Shown here: one piece after another, positions 12,551 to 24,605 of the stretch
Layout of the letters: each line of letters begins with the position of its first letter
Numbering within the stretch: the stretch's first letter is position 1
NCBI GenBank assembly: GCA_010093705.1
Contig: MU006106.1
Span: 275,086 to 339,085 of the forward strand
Length of the DNA stretch: 64,000 nucleotides
Direction of reading: 5' to 3'
From: Patellaria atrata CBS 101060
Taxonomy: Eukaryota
The notes under the pieces: generated by a model
Database searches by the model: none
What the model was told of the DNA's origin: nothing
The model's input: only the letters and a program-made list of their open reading frames with translations
Program-made: the position numbers and the translations under genes

Positions 12551-15500
12551 GCAGTTCAATGAAGGCGGTAGACTCTGAAATCCAAGTAGTACTTTCAGAT
12601 AGGAGGATACCTGTGTTGTTCCTGTTGTACTCCGACTAAGGATGTTCAATCCTCGCGTGTCGCTATTCAGAATTTTCTTCGGTAGACAACCCAGGGTTCT
12701 TTCGCCCGCGCGTTTCCACTAGAACTCCTGTTTCAGGTTACGCTAATAGCCATCCTTTAGATCGAATTGCAAATCGGAATCTGATAAATGTTGATAAGGA
12801 TAATCACAAGATCGCATTTTTGATGATACTGTGATGATAGTACTCCGCTGACAGAGTCTAATGGATTTCCAAAGTTCACGAGCGCCCTCGGTTCGACAAT
12901 ACACACTGTGGCGTCAATGTTGAGGAAAGTATCTGTACAAGGTCTACCAACTGCAGAGTGAAAAAGAGGCAACAGAAATTCGAAGGCCCACATTTCTGCG
13001 TGGTCTATGAATATCACATATGGTTGTCTGCTGAACAGTATATCCCGCTGGATCGAGATCAGTACTTTGACAACAAAATCAGCCTGCTCAGTGGGTCAAC
13101 TGATTCCCCTGCAGTATCGTACTATACACTAAGAGTTCGACATCACTCTAGCGGTGGAAAGATATATTATTATTCCCCGATGAGGGACCTAGTTCACTCG
13201 ATAGTTTGCTTTAAATACGGCGGTCCCCCGTATATGGGATATCCCATCACGACCATTCGTTATAGTCTTCTGCTCCCGGGTATCTAAAAGGTCAATCGAG
13301 GTATAGCATTCTTTGCGTCCATTGACTTTGCAAAGTTGAAGGGATCTCACAGCCTCCTTCCCAACGAATTCGGTCACTCTGGGACGATCGGCTGGTCTTA
13401 TACTGAACTTTCTGTAGCCATGGTCGATAAATATCTCTTGATTCCACCAGATCGTCAGTGTAAGTACATTGTCCCCCGTATGCTTTGAGACAGCATCTAA
13501 CGTCCAAGTCACCAAATCTTCTGGCTTTTTGAAGTCAATCTACAAGTCCTATCACAAAAAGAGTAAAACGAAAGGAGGCAACCCGCAAGCTGCTAGTCAG
13601 CCCGCTGAAGGTAATCCTGTCGCGTTACATAACCGCAATCTTTCCATAGTCCAAGATCTCGAATACTGATTTGCGAAGCAGGACACAATGGCTCTGAGAA
13701 TTTGCATCATGAGAATCAAGACGGTACCGGCCATGGTTGTACTGACGATCGACCCTCTCATTGAGTCCATGCAGCGAATGATGCTTGTCCAGCTTTGCGA
13801 CCTGAGACATTTGTTGGGTTTCCCACAATAAGCTTGGTTTGAGCTACCGTCCGGAAGATCTCCCATTCGTCATTCAACAAAAGTTTGTTTACTGAAAGAA
13901 GTGCTTCGTTCGCGCCTCTGACCACTCATTTATCTTTTCGCAAATATGAGCACGTGAATGGGCCTTGGTCGTACCCGGGTTGTGGATGTATTAAAGCTAG
14001 CAGGATATTTTCGTCCGTTGAAACTTTAATGGAGAATTTCAGATAAGCTCAAACACTATCATAGTTTCAACGGGACTAAGTAGCATTCTAATACAGTAGA
14101 TTCTGGTTAGGATGGAGAGCTCAAAATGTCGAAATGAAACTCCTATCATCATCGAACGATGTAAGTACTTGACACGCCGGAAAAATGTCATCTCGTAGTC
14201 AAGACTTTATCCCCGATCTTATCGACGAGCGTTTTAGTTATAGGCTCCCTAGAACTATCTGTACCTTTCATGCATGCCGGGTTTAAAGTATGGAGGGTGA
14301 AAAAAACTCTCTATGATCAGTATGATTTAGTTCTTCAAAGTCCTTACGCAAAAGGGAAAGATTTTTCCAGTAAGCACAGGCCTCTATAATACCTGTTTTT
14401 CGCTGAACCGATATGCGTAATCAGTTCACCAGGTTGTTAAACGGTTGCTGACACATTTTGTTTTATAAGGGCGTTATTTTTAGTGGAAGTCTAGTCTCAG
14501 CCTTACGGCATCACATCTAAAGCAGCTTTTTTTTTATTTTTTTCTCATACTTAGCATAAAGATTTGTATTGGAAAACCTGTTAACAACCATTACAGGGGT
14601 TGTTACGCCCGATTACAATGTGTACTATTAGGGGCTATGCACTTCCACCCGATTCTCTAATTGTCCGTTTCTGCAAGCATATCTCAATTGGTCTGCCCTA
14701 CGACTCGTTTTCTCGCGTTTGTGGACGAATCTTTCGCGCCGTTTTTATCTATTGCTCAGAGCAGTAGTTCGAACAACTTCTGTTACTACTTCATGATCAA
14801 CCTTTGGCCCAATCGTACTTTTTTAGACTTACGTCGATCGAGGAGCCGCTCAACCGTCTGGGCTGACTATGGATCTGTGCGTGCTTTATGGATTCATGGA
14901 TTCATGGATTGTGACGCAACCAATCTAGATACTTGTATCTAAGAGGAAGCGTTCTGAAGTTTAATTCCATTTGGCGTCTATAGTACTGTATGCCGCATGA
15001 ATATGTGACAGCGGTAGCTTGTTCAGCCAACAGGGTGGAGAAGTACTCATGTCTGCCTCCTGCTTTCGCGGGTCTTTTCTCTACCGTAAACAACACTCTC
15101 CCTCACTTTTTACATCAGCCTCGCGCGCTGGTTCCCAACCGTTTCCTCCGACCAACAACTGTTCCTCAAATCTTATTCGTCACCGCCGATCTGCCTTGAC
15201 TACGACCGTAACCAGTCAACTTAGGATATCCGCTTGAATCCCCGATTCTCCCTCAACGCTTTTTCCTTTCAGTATTAGGGCTTGGACATATCCTCCCATG
15301 CACCGGCAAGCCCTAAAAGCTTCCGCAAACGCGCTACTATGCACAACCACGTATCCCGCCGTGTGGATATCTTTCTGAGCCTAACCATGCAGGGGTTACA
15401 GACGGTATTGGTTCACCTTCCTTCGACGCAAAAGTCAGCAACTCTTTTCGAACTCACCGGAAATTTGACTCACCATTGAAAATACTTGGTAGTGAAATGA

Positions 15501-16254
15501 CATCCTGGTTTATTCTTTTGGGGGAATGTTGAGATGGCGTTGAGAGTGCGTATAAGACTCATTCCGACGAGGAAGCCGTCAAGGACAGATGCAAGTCACG
15601 GACTGTAATGTCACTGACCTTGTATGCCATCAGTTCTTCTTCCTACTTCTATGCGTTCATCCGCCAGCCACCCTACGCCCTGCCTAGACACGCTAATCTT
15701 TTGACAGAGAACGCACAGACTCGCACATATCACATACTCATCACAATATTCAAGAGCATGCCACCACGGCACTACTAACTTCAAAGATCATGCACCACGC
15801 CGATTTCATAATAATAAGGGAAGACGACCGGTTTAAGAAGCCCAGCTCGGAACTATACATGATCGTATCGGTTCAAATTGGCCCGATTCAATCGCACACC
15901 CACTATCAACAGATCATGAATTGGTGAGACGAAATCATAAATTTCCGAAGCGGATCTCGGGGCTACGCACTACTGACCAATGTTGGCTGTAGGCGAGCTA
16001 CTAGTACTCTATTTTTCTCGCTAGTATTTGCGAGTGAGCCATCTAAAACAGGTTCCTTTGCTTTACGTGCTGTAGGACATCCTTATAGTGCACCAATAGT
16101 TCAGAATTGGTAATTCCGGGACTACCCGACTTCATAGTCTCGAGTGACCAAAACAAAACCAGTATCGCCATGCGCTGAATTGTCATTCTGATCACTAAAC
16201 TGTGAGACCTAGTTAAAGGTATCACCTTGAATACAACTCCGGGTAAACGTTATC

Positions 16255-16510
16255 TTTGTCTTCGGCACTGATACTCTTAATCCGGATCTCGTGGTTATCT
16301 TCAGTTTCTTCGGTCTTGATACTCTCAAGCACCGGATCTCGTCTTCGTCGCGTGCGTTAGTCTTGATTCTCTCAAGCACTGTCGCTATCGTCGTGGCCTA
16401 ACTCTCGATCGGTCCATTGATCGTTCGTTGCCGTAGAACTCGTTCTTTATCGTCGGCACTGATACTCTCAGTCCGAATCTCTTCGGTCTTGATACTCTCA
16501 AGCACCGGGT
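16255..16510. repeat. Imperfect tandem repeats of the core GAT(A/T)CTCT(C/T)A with ...CGG/CACT flanks (5 copies), probably a degenerate low-complexity coding relic
   Basis: CTTCGGTCTTGATACTCTCAAGCACCGG occurs at ~16308 and ~16481. TCGGCACTGATACTCT occurs at ~16262 and ~16453. TCTTGATTCTCTCAAGCAC occurs at ~16361. Confidence 0.7.
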
Positions 16511-16561
16511 TGGAATATTATGTCGCCTTTCCGAAGGCCGTGGTTGTTGAACTTAATCTAA

Positions 16562-16737
16562 TGTGACGGCGTAGCAGTTATAGCTAATCGAATTGGATTT
16601 AACTAGTGTAACCTAACTACTATGTAAAGAGATTAAGTTAAGGAGAAGAAGAAGTTATAGCTAAACAGTATATCGGTAGAACCTCGGCTCCACCGAATAA
16701 GGAATGGTGGAGAGTTACTACCTGTGACATCGTCACA
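16562..16737. mobile_element. Candidate solo LTR (176 bp) of an LTR retrotransposon
   Basis: Bounded by perfect 7-bp inverted termini TGTGACG...CGTCACA (TG...CA rule). The interior is AT- and TpA-rich with a purine tract (GGAGAAGAAGAAG). No target-site duplication is visible (TCTAA vs GTAGT). Confidence 0.5.
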
Positions 16738-17555
16738 GTAGTAATAGTATAGGTTGGGAAAGAATGCGTTGCCACGCAAGACATTCAATGATCACAACAC
16801 ACCGAAACAACATTATACCAAGCTCAAGCTGAACTAAACAGTATAACATATCATACCTTTACTACTTCGTATAACAGAGCTCGTTTGTATGCTTAGTCCG
16901 AACGCTGGCTCCCTTGTAGTCTAGAAATAGACGTATATGTACTCCAAAGAGCTTCCTAAAGCCCGCGTGTTCTTCGATAAGCATGTTTATCTTCCTACGC
17001 GTTTGAGCAACAGCGGTCTCGAATTCCAAGAATATGTAATGAAAGCTGCGGAAATAAGACTGGGATGTTTATCTAGAAACTGTATTGAGACCATCACCTT
17101 CTCATACACACTGACAAAGCAACCACAAATAGTGATTTGGTCGGTGAGAATAGGCTATGAAACTTCCTACTAGATGAGTACCTTACCCCGTTTGGAGCTG
17201 GAAGCGCTCCAACAGCATCTTGAAGTGCATTAACCGCTCACCAACAGTTGAATGCCATGATACACTTGTTTGTTGGAATGCACATGGCCTGTTCTTGACC
17301 AGCCTCGATGGGTATCTACATAGTACACACACATGCAGAACCGGTATAGGATACGATTATATGGATGCTCGCTGGTATAAGAAAAACTTCTGGGTATGCA
17401 ATGACAATGCTACATATAATAAACGTCGATCCACTCGCTCATCTCCTATTGCTGTCCTTGTGGGTTCTTTTTGCCGACGTCAATCCCCAGTCCACAATAC
17501 AGGTCTCTCTCATCATATTTCTCGAGTGATATTATACCATTATTCGTTCTCTGAG

Positions 17556-20500
17556 ATGGCATACTTCAAGGTGGATGCCGAGTTAATGACTAATTATGTC
17601 GCAGCAACGCCCGTTCCCGCTGGGAGCCATTTTGCTACAGTCCTTGATGAAACGTCTCAGCCGATTGTGATTTCTCTTTCCAGCGACAGACCAAGTCCAA
17701 AACTGCAGATAGGTATAGCATCCGGTCTTTCTGGCTTCATCTTTATACTGAATTTAGACTAGTCCGCCACAACGAAAACGGCGTACAATATCTATTCGAC
17801 CTGGGTGCCTGCTTCAACTTGCCAACCGATGCGTTGATTCAGACTTTTGATGTAGTTCAGGATTCTTATTTAACTCTCTATATCGTCTTCGCCTATCTTC
17901 GTGATGGAAACTGTTCCCATGTTGTATTGTCGAAACCGTTCGCTCCAAGTACCTTGCGAGCAGGGGTCAAACTGGACAAGATCCCAGGGGATTGGACTGT
18001 AGGAACCGTTGAGCGAATCTTTATGATAATTAACCGTCCAGGTCAATTTAAATATCCAGAAATTGTAAGCTGACAAGCCAATAGTCACCGATGGTACTAC
18101 CATCCTAATCATCTTCGGCATATCCACTTGTTATGCTTGTCCACAAGAGCCTCGATTAGTCAACTTCATGGGGTAAAGACATTACTCTGGCAATACTAGA
18201 TCAGTATCTGACTGGTTGATCGATATCTCCCTCTTTATCAACCCCCGTCAATGTGACTGGCACAATTGATATTGCGCCTGCCACAAACTTCCATGGACAA
18301 GGGATTTTTGTACTATATAAGACGAGTTCAGGGGAGTTGAAATGCTATGGCGAGTTTACCAAGCCTGATGATCAATCATCAAGTGGAAATATATTCCAAT
18401 GGGCGACGGATGTGCAGTGTCCGAGAGGTATGCCAGGGATTTCATTCATAACCGAAACCACAGAAAAAGAGTTAACCAGTTGCAAATAGGCGCAACTTGC
18501 ATATCCGCGATCCGGGACAAACGAAGTGCTTCGGCTCTAATCTTTGGATCTCCTGCCGGGCTAAGCTACCTAGACTCAGCGTCAGCGGTCGACAAAAAGA
18601 TAACTCATGTGCTAATTTCCGACGATAACAAGGTCCATGGCCGTAAGACTCTTGAGGTCGCTCAAGATACCGATGTTTTACCCATCTGGTTTACATCAAA
18701 CAGTGATCAACTTGGTCATATTCGCACGAATGTCTCCGATGTTACTGCCCGCCAGATTCCGGATCCTGTGTTGCTTCTTCCAGCTGGACAGTCAACTTCC
18801 TTCGCCCCAGCGATCTCGCGCACTGTCATATTCGACAATGATGTGGTCTGGTAAAGGCTTGTATCGAATGACAAATATGGGAATCTAACTTTATTGGAAC
18901 AAGACTCGGATCCCGAACTCTGGAGGAAGAAGCCATTTCTACAGCAGCGATGACGCGATCAAATACGAGGTGAAGAGCTATTCTATTACCCTCAAAGCTT
19001 TCAATGATGATGATTCACCAGTCCCCAACGCTTCAGTCCAGGTATCATCTGCATCCGCCATCACAGGTATCCTGAATGGAAGTGCTGTCACATTATCATC
19101 AACGGGATATTGGTACTTAGTTGACTCGCAAGGAATGCTAAACTTCATTGTGCTTACTGAAAGTATTGCCTCTCAGGTTCTCACTATTAGCGGTATCAAG
19201 AACTCCAAAGATGATATCCTTAAAGCAGATCAAGTGGTATTTGATCTATCAAGAAATCCGATTGATAGCCTGGGTGCAAAATTAGACTCTCTTCAGTCCA
19301 CGGAGGATCTCAAAGATGCAACAACACAGAACGGAAAGCCGCTGTTCGACCCAAACAACATGCCAAGCGATGATGACTCAAAACAAGGTCTCAGCTACCT
19401 TAAAAGTCCTCATGGCGCTTACTTCTCACTTCTGTCTGATGGAAACCCCTCCTAAAATGTGCAATTGACGCTCAAGTTAGCCACAAAATCGGCAATAAGT
19501 GCTTGCAATGTCGTAAGCGATGAATTGATGGACGGTTGGCAGTGGGTCAAAGAGAAAACCGAGGATGCAATTGACTGGGTGGTAGAAACATTTGGTAAGC
19601 TTCAATGACCTATGAAGTAAACGTAGCATAACATTGACTGTGGTAAAATAGAGAAGGGCATGTAGTTCGTAATGAGGATCGCAGGAGAGGTTTTCGAATT
19701 CATCCTTGACTGCGTCGAAAAGGTTGGAGAAGCACTAACTTGGGTGGGTTTCTGTCAAGATTATCGATACTAGATGCATACTAAGACTCCTTATTCAGGT
19801 TTGGAATAAGATTAAAGTAGGGATTGAAACCCTCATTGAGTACCTCGGATTTCTATTCGATTGGGGTGATATTCTTGATACCAAGGACCAAGTATCAGCC
19901 CTAATCACAGCCGGTTGCGACCTTGCAGCGACGAAAGTTGGGTCTACAGCTGATAGTCTCGAGATATTTTTCAGTGGTCTTCTTGCCAAAGTAGACGGCT
20001 GCATTGAAACCACAAAGAATATCACGGCGTCGCCCAACTCAGGCAGCAATAATAACAATTCTCCAGTCTTTAATGATACTGTACATAATACATCCTTTAA
20101 TTGAAGCTTAGAAAGAATTAAGAACGGAGGCATGGGATCCTCACTGGCTGTAACTAATAACAGTAAGTCGGCATATTCTAACGAAACAGATGGAATGGAG
20201 AACTGAACCTAATGATAAAATAGATGCACCGGACACTGATACATAGAAGACATGGGACCAGATATTTGCTCCTGCTCTTTCAGACGTCGAAGATGCTATT
20301 ACCAAAGTCGGAGACGATATCAAAGAGCTGTGGCACAAGAGCGGTTCCATGTCTACTTCCGACCTCATGACCTTGTGTAAAGATATTCTCAAGGCGGTTG
20401 TAATAACCATATAGAAGTTGGTCGTCGCTCTGATCCAGTCTTTCCAAAAAGTCCTTCAATTAATCTCGGAGTACTGCAACAAGACTATTTCTATACCCAT

Positions 20501-21465
20501 CTTTAGCGCATTGTATAAGGTCATCGCAAAGCACGACCTTGCTGCTTTCGACGCAATAGCATTAATCATTGCTGTTCCGACTACAATACCAAGAAAAGTA
20601 ATCGCAGGATCGGCTCCGCCGAAAATTCCAAATCTCGATGGAAAATTATTGGACGCACTTGTCTTTGGTAGTTCCTCGGGCGGTGTCACCGTCACACCTC
20701 AGATGCAGTTGGATTTCAATACACTCACTGCCGGCCGGACTCACCGTATTAGCTACTCTCGTAAGTGTTGTCGTCAAAATGCTCAAATTCTTCTATGCCC
20801 TAGCCACGGAGGGCACGGCCGGTGCATTGGAAGTCTTGACAGGGAGTACCTTCCTCAAGCTGCTCTCTATCGTTCTGGACATGTGCAGCACGCTAAACTC
20901 GTTTCCTTCAGACTCGTCTCTTTCCGGGTCTTGAGTACAGACAATGGGTATGTATCATGAGAAAGACACCCGAATTTAGTTTCTATCTAACAATTGCTAT
21001 TAGATCAGCTACTTGTCCCTGATACGTGGAGGCTCACATATCCTCGCCACCTTCGTTCCCTTAGCAGGGCCGCAGAAGGAGGCAAAGGGCAAACTTCTCC
21101 TCATCCTCGATCTCGCCGTCACGCTGGTGAACTTCGGGCTCTATCAGGCATTCGAATCGGCGGAGATAGATGCTGCGAAAAGCTGGCCTGACTACGACGG
21201 AGGCAGCGCCGTTGTTGGAATAGAAGGCAGCGTGCTAAACGTGATCTCGGGCATCGGATACTTCGTCGCCTTTATGTTCAAGGAGGAGGTCGAGGTCAGT
21301 GGCGTGGGTCTTGCGATCATGGAGGGAGCTACGTTGGGGTTGGCCGCTGTCGAGGGCATCAAGTGGAAGATCGACTATGATCGTGGAAAGAAGAGTCTCA
21401 TGACACCGTCATCCGCGTCAAGCGGTCCTTGGGTTTTCAGTTACGATTCCCCTGATATTTTGTGA
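17556..21465 (+). pseudogene. Multi-exon pseudogene of a large (~1100-1200 aa) uncharacterised protein with a beta-rich N-terminus and a hydrophobic helical C-terminus
   Basis: ATG at 17556 (MAYFKVDAELMTNYV), with intron-like breaks (e.g. 17713-17762 and 19744-19798). Protein-like reading continues across in-frame stops at 18852 TAA, 19453 TAA, 19663 TAG, 20102 TGA, 20244 TAG and 20412 TAG. Frameshifts at ~18936 (+1 T) and 20731-20738 (CCGG duplication). Confidence 0.8.
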
Positions 21466-21991
21466 TGGACCGATCTTCTTTTGGAATGCACAATCGGAAG
21501 TTATACGTCAGCTATTGTTCTAGACAACTCTTTTTGCCTGCCTGTACGCTCCTGAACATACTTGATCATTTTCTAAGCCCCCCAGCCATCTGAGGGTACC
21601 ATAAGCGTACTCACCACTCCCTTGAACCGTGCAATTGACCTGAAACCGTACTATCCCTAGTACCACACAATCCCTCGAATCGTACATTTGACCTGAACCG
21701 TGCAATCCCCCTAAATATACTCCCACTCTATCCTCACCTGATCAAACCAAAATACAAGTAGCCCTCCAAGCATGTAAGTAAGCATCTAATATGATATCAA
21801 TTGAATCTATCTCTCCTATACAGGGTATGTTACCTATGTTACACCCTCCCCATCCCCTTCCCATCTATCCCCCAAATTAAATCCCCCTTTCCCTCTCCCA
21901 TTTTTCCCCTCTTCCCCTATTTAATCTAAGCCCTCCATCTCTTCCATCCTAAATCCTCAAATCCAAACGCCAAACGCTATGCAAACCCCCC

Positions 21992-22091
21992 NNNNNNNNN
22001 NNNNNNNNNNNNNNNNNNNNNNNNNNNNNNNNNNNNNNNNNNNNNNNNNNNNNNNNNNNNNNNNNNNNNNNNNNNNNNNNNNNNNNNNNNN
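21992..22091. other. Assembly gap (100 N, probably a placeholder of unknown true size)
   Basis: Exactly 100 N flanked by C-rich low-complexity sequence. Confidence 0.98.
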
Positions 22092-22132
22092 CCCAAAACA
22101 CCCCCTTTCCTACCTTCCAACCCACTTCTACA

Positions 22133-24605
22133 CTAATCCTCCCCACTCTCCTCATCCTCCGACTCAACAGTCGGCTGCGGCACCGCTTTCCCCTTCCCTT
22201 TATCAACCTTCGTTGCCGCATCATCTCCCGCATCCGCTTCTATGTCTGCATCACCACCCGCACCCGCACTTGACGGCTCGGTCCTGGTCTCCGCATTGTC
22301 GAAACCCCAAGTTGGCGCCACATTTGGCAAGACTATAGGAGCAGCCGAGTTATCCAGCTGTAGTACGCGGCCACGAGATACCGGCTCCTGAGTTTGCTCT
22401 TGAGTTTGAAGTTCTGTGGCAGGTTGATCGCGGACAGGACTCGAAGGACTAAGGATGGGTGATACAGTCGGAGTCGGGACCGAGCTTGCGGCAGAGAGTG
22501 GTCGGGGAGGGAGGGACTGTGGGGCGGGTTGTTCGCGGACGGGAGTTGAGAAGTTGAGGTTGGCGCCAGTTACCAGCCCAGTGTTCAGAGGATCACCACC
22601 GGCAAGCTGCCCGGGACCCACCTGATGCAGTGGGGTCAGCGTCCAACCAGTCGGTAGCACCAAGCCGTCTGGAAACGGTGCAATGGGAAGTTGTTCCAGT
22701 CCCGCTTGTCCCATCTGCACGCCCGCAGGTAGTTGGGCGGATACATCTGCCGGCTGCTGTAATCTCTGGAATTCCTCCTGCAACGCCCTCAACACCACCA
22801 ACTGCTCCCTCCTCACGTTCAAATTGAAAATCTCGGCGTCAATATGTCGTTCGAGTTCCTCGATTCTTGCGCCGACACTCGCGCTATCCCCGAGTCCGAA
22901 GCCGGTCCCACTCCCAGCCGACTGATCGTCAGGGACAAGGGCATCTCTGTGAGTCCAATGTCGACGCGACCTTCCCCTCTCGCCACGAAACTGCCTCATC
23001 ACATCTTCGACCTGACGTTCGGGACCAGCACCCCACATTATTCTGAAAGGACCGAAGTTGCGGATGCGGAGACCGGGTTGATTCCCACCGTTGCGCCGGT
23101 TATTGTTGTTGCCGGCATTGGGTCCTCGATTATGATCGTGACCGGGTTGGGCTCCTCCCGGAATTGGAGCACCGTTCGGCGCGTTCGGTTGGTTGGGGGT
23201 GGTGTTCCGGGTCGGTTGGGGTGCCAAGACCGAAGTACGGCATGTCGGACATGCTTGTTGACGCTCAAGCCAGCTACGTAGACAATTGAAGTGCAGAACA
23301 TGGCCGCAGGGAAGTTTTTTGGGACGTTTCCGCTCGTCGATAGGTTGCCCGTTATTTTGCTGTTGGGGATCCCATGGTCTCATTTCCTCTCGACAAATGA
23401 TGCAAGTGTTCTCCCCTCCGAGTTCCTCTGCGGTAGCGTCGGGATAGCGACTATTCATGTCTCTTGTAGCGTTCCGGTATTTGAAGAAGTCGTTAACCCG
23501 TTTGACGAATGATCGAAGGGTCATAAAGAGCTTATGTATGACATGGAATGGGAATCCAAAGAAAGCCATGATAACGAGGAAGAATCCTATGTAAAGCACG
23601 AGTTTGAGGAAATCTGTAAAGTATTTAGTAAACATGGAATTTTTTTTAAGAATGAATGATGAGAACTAACCACTCGCTATGTCGAGATAAAACACCCATT
23701 TGCCCTTTTCTTCCCATCCGGGAACATCAATATCATTTTCATCAACGTCGTCCTCGTTCTGAATATCCGCAAATGCAGTATCAGCATCAACCTCCCCTGA
23801 ATCCACACGTCTTTGAGCTTCCCGTCTTGCTTTCCTAATCTCCGTCTTGAGCGATTGAAGTTTTGCTTTTGTTTGAGCCTTATTAACAAAAATCTCCCTC
23901 ACAGAGATGGCATAACGCAGTGATGTGGCCATGGAAGCGAGAGAAAGCAAAGCAAATTCGAAGGCGAACATAATGATCATTCCAGGTCGGGCCTGTTCCA
24001 GAACGGTCTCTATGCAATATCGCAGCACGACGGTATCGAACACGAGAGACATGAAGAGCGATAGCATTAATCGAGTGTGAAAAACTCGTGGGTTGGCGGG
24101 TGGTTGTTGCTCCAAGAGTTCCACACGGCCTCGGGCGATCCACTCCCATACTCTTCCTGCCACTAGACAAATGAACATTGTCATGAACCATCCGCCAATT
24201 TCATGGCTGAATACAGTCATAGCTAGAAGAGTTTCTGTCACGGCAGCCCATGCTTTCTCGTATAGTTGTTCAACTTCAACCGGTCGAAGGCGGCCGTATA
24301 GGAGTCGTTGTAGGCCGATGAAGAATGCGATGGCGCATAGGAGTGCGAAATTACTTAGCACCTATACATATATAAGCTTGTAATAACGAAGGACGCCAAG
24401 GTCTAGCCATACTAGTACACAGGCATTGCTTTGTGAAAGGTATACTGTCGCTGAATAGAAATTGGGACGCTGGTAGAAGGCATTAAGGACGACGGCTGCT
24501 GCCGAGGAGGTGGACGCCTGTATAGAGAGTTAGTTTGAGGATGAGATATCTGACATGTATCGAGGTAGTATTTACCGTAATATACCATACTGGCATGGTG
24601 GGCAT
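22133..24605 (-). CDS. HRD1: ERAD E3 ubiquitin ligase Hrd1/synoviolin; 4 exons
   Basis: Spliced N-terminus (MPT)MPVWYIT|ASTSSAAAVVLNAFYQRPNFYSATVYLSQSNACVL|VLSNF. Internal motifs LRPVEVEQLYEKAW and GWEEKGKWVFYLD. RING-H2: CIICREEM...KKLPCGHVLHFNCLRSWLERQQACPTCR. Start is ATG 24605 or 24596. Confidence 0.93.

Noticed and set aside
16255..16510. CRISPR-like repeat-spacer array
   Set aside because: Eukaryotic context, imperfect repeats with irregular spacing, and no cas genes.
17556..21465. Premature TAG stops rescued by sexual-stage A-to-I editing or stop-codon readthrough
   Set aside because: The locus also has TAA/TGA stops and at least two frameshifts, which editing cannot repair. All neighbouring genes use the standard code.
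9000..21990. Intact Starship, transposon or retrotransposon ORFs
   Set aside because: No recognisable DUF3435 recombinase, DDE transposase, gag, RT or integrase motifs in any frame.
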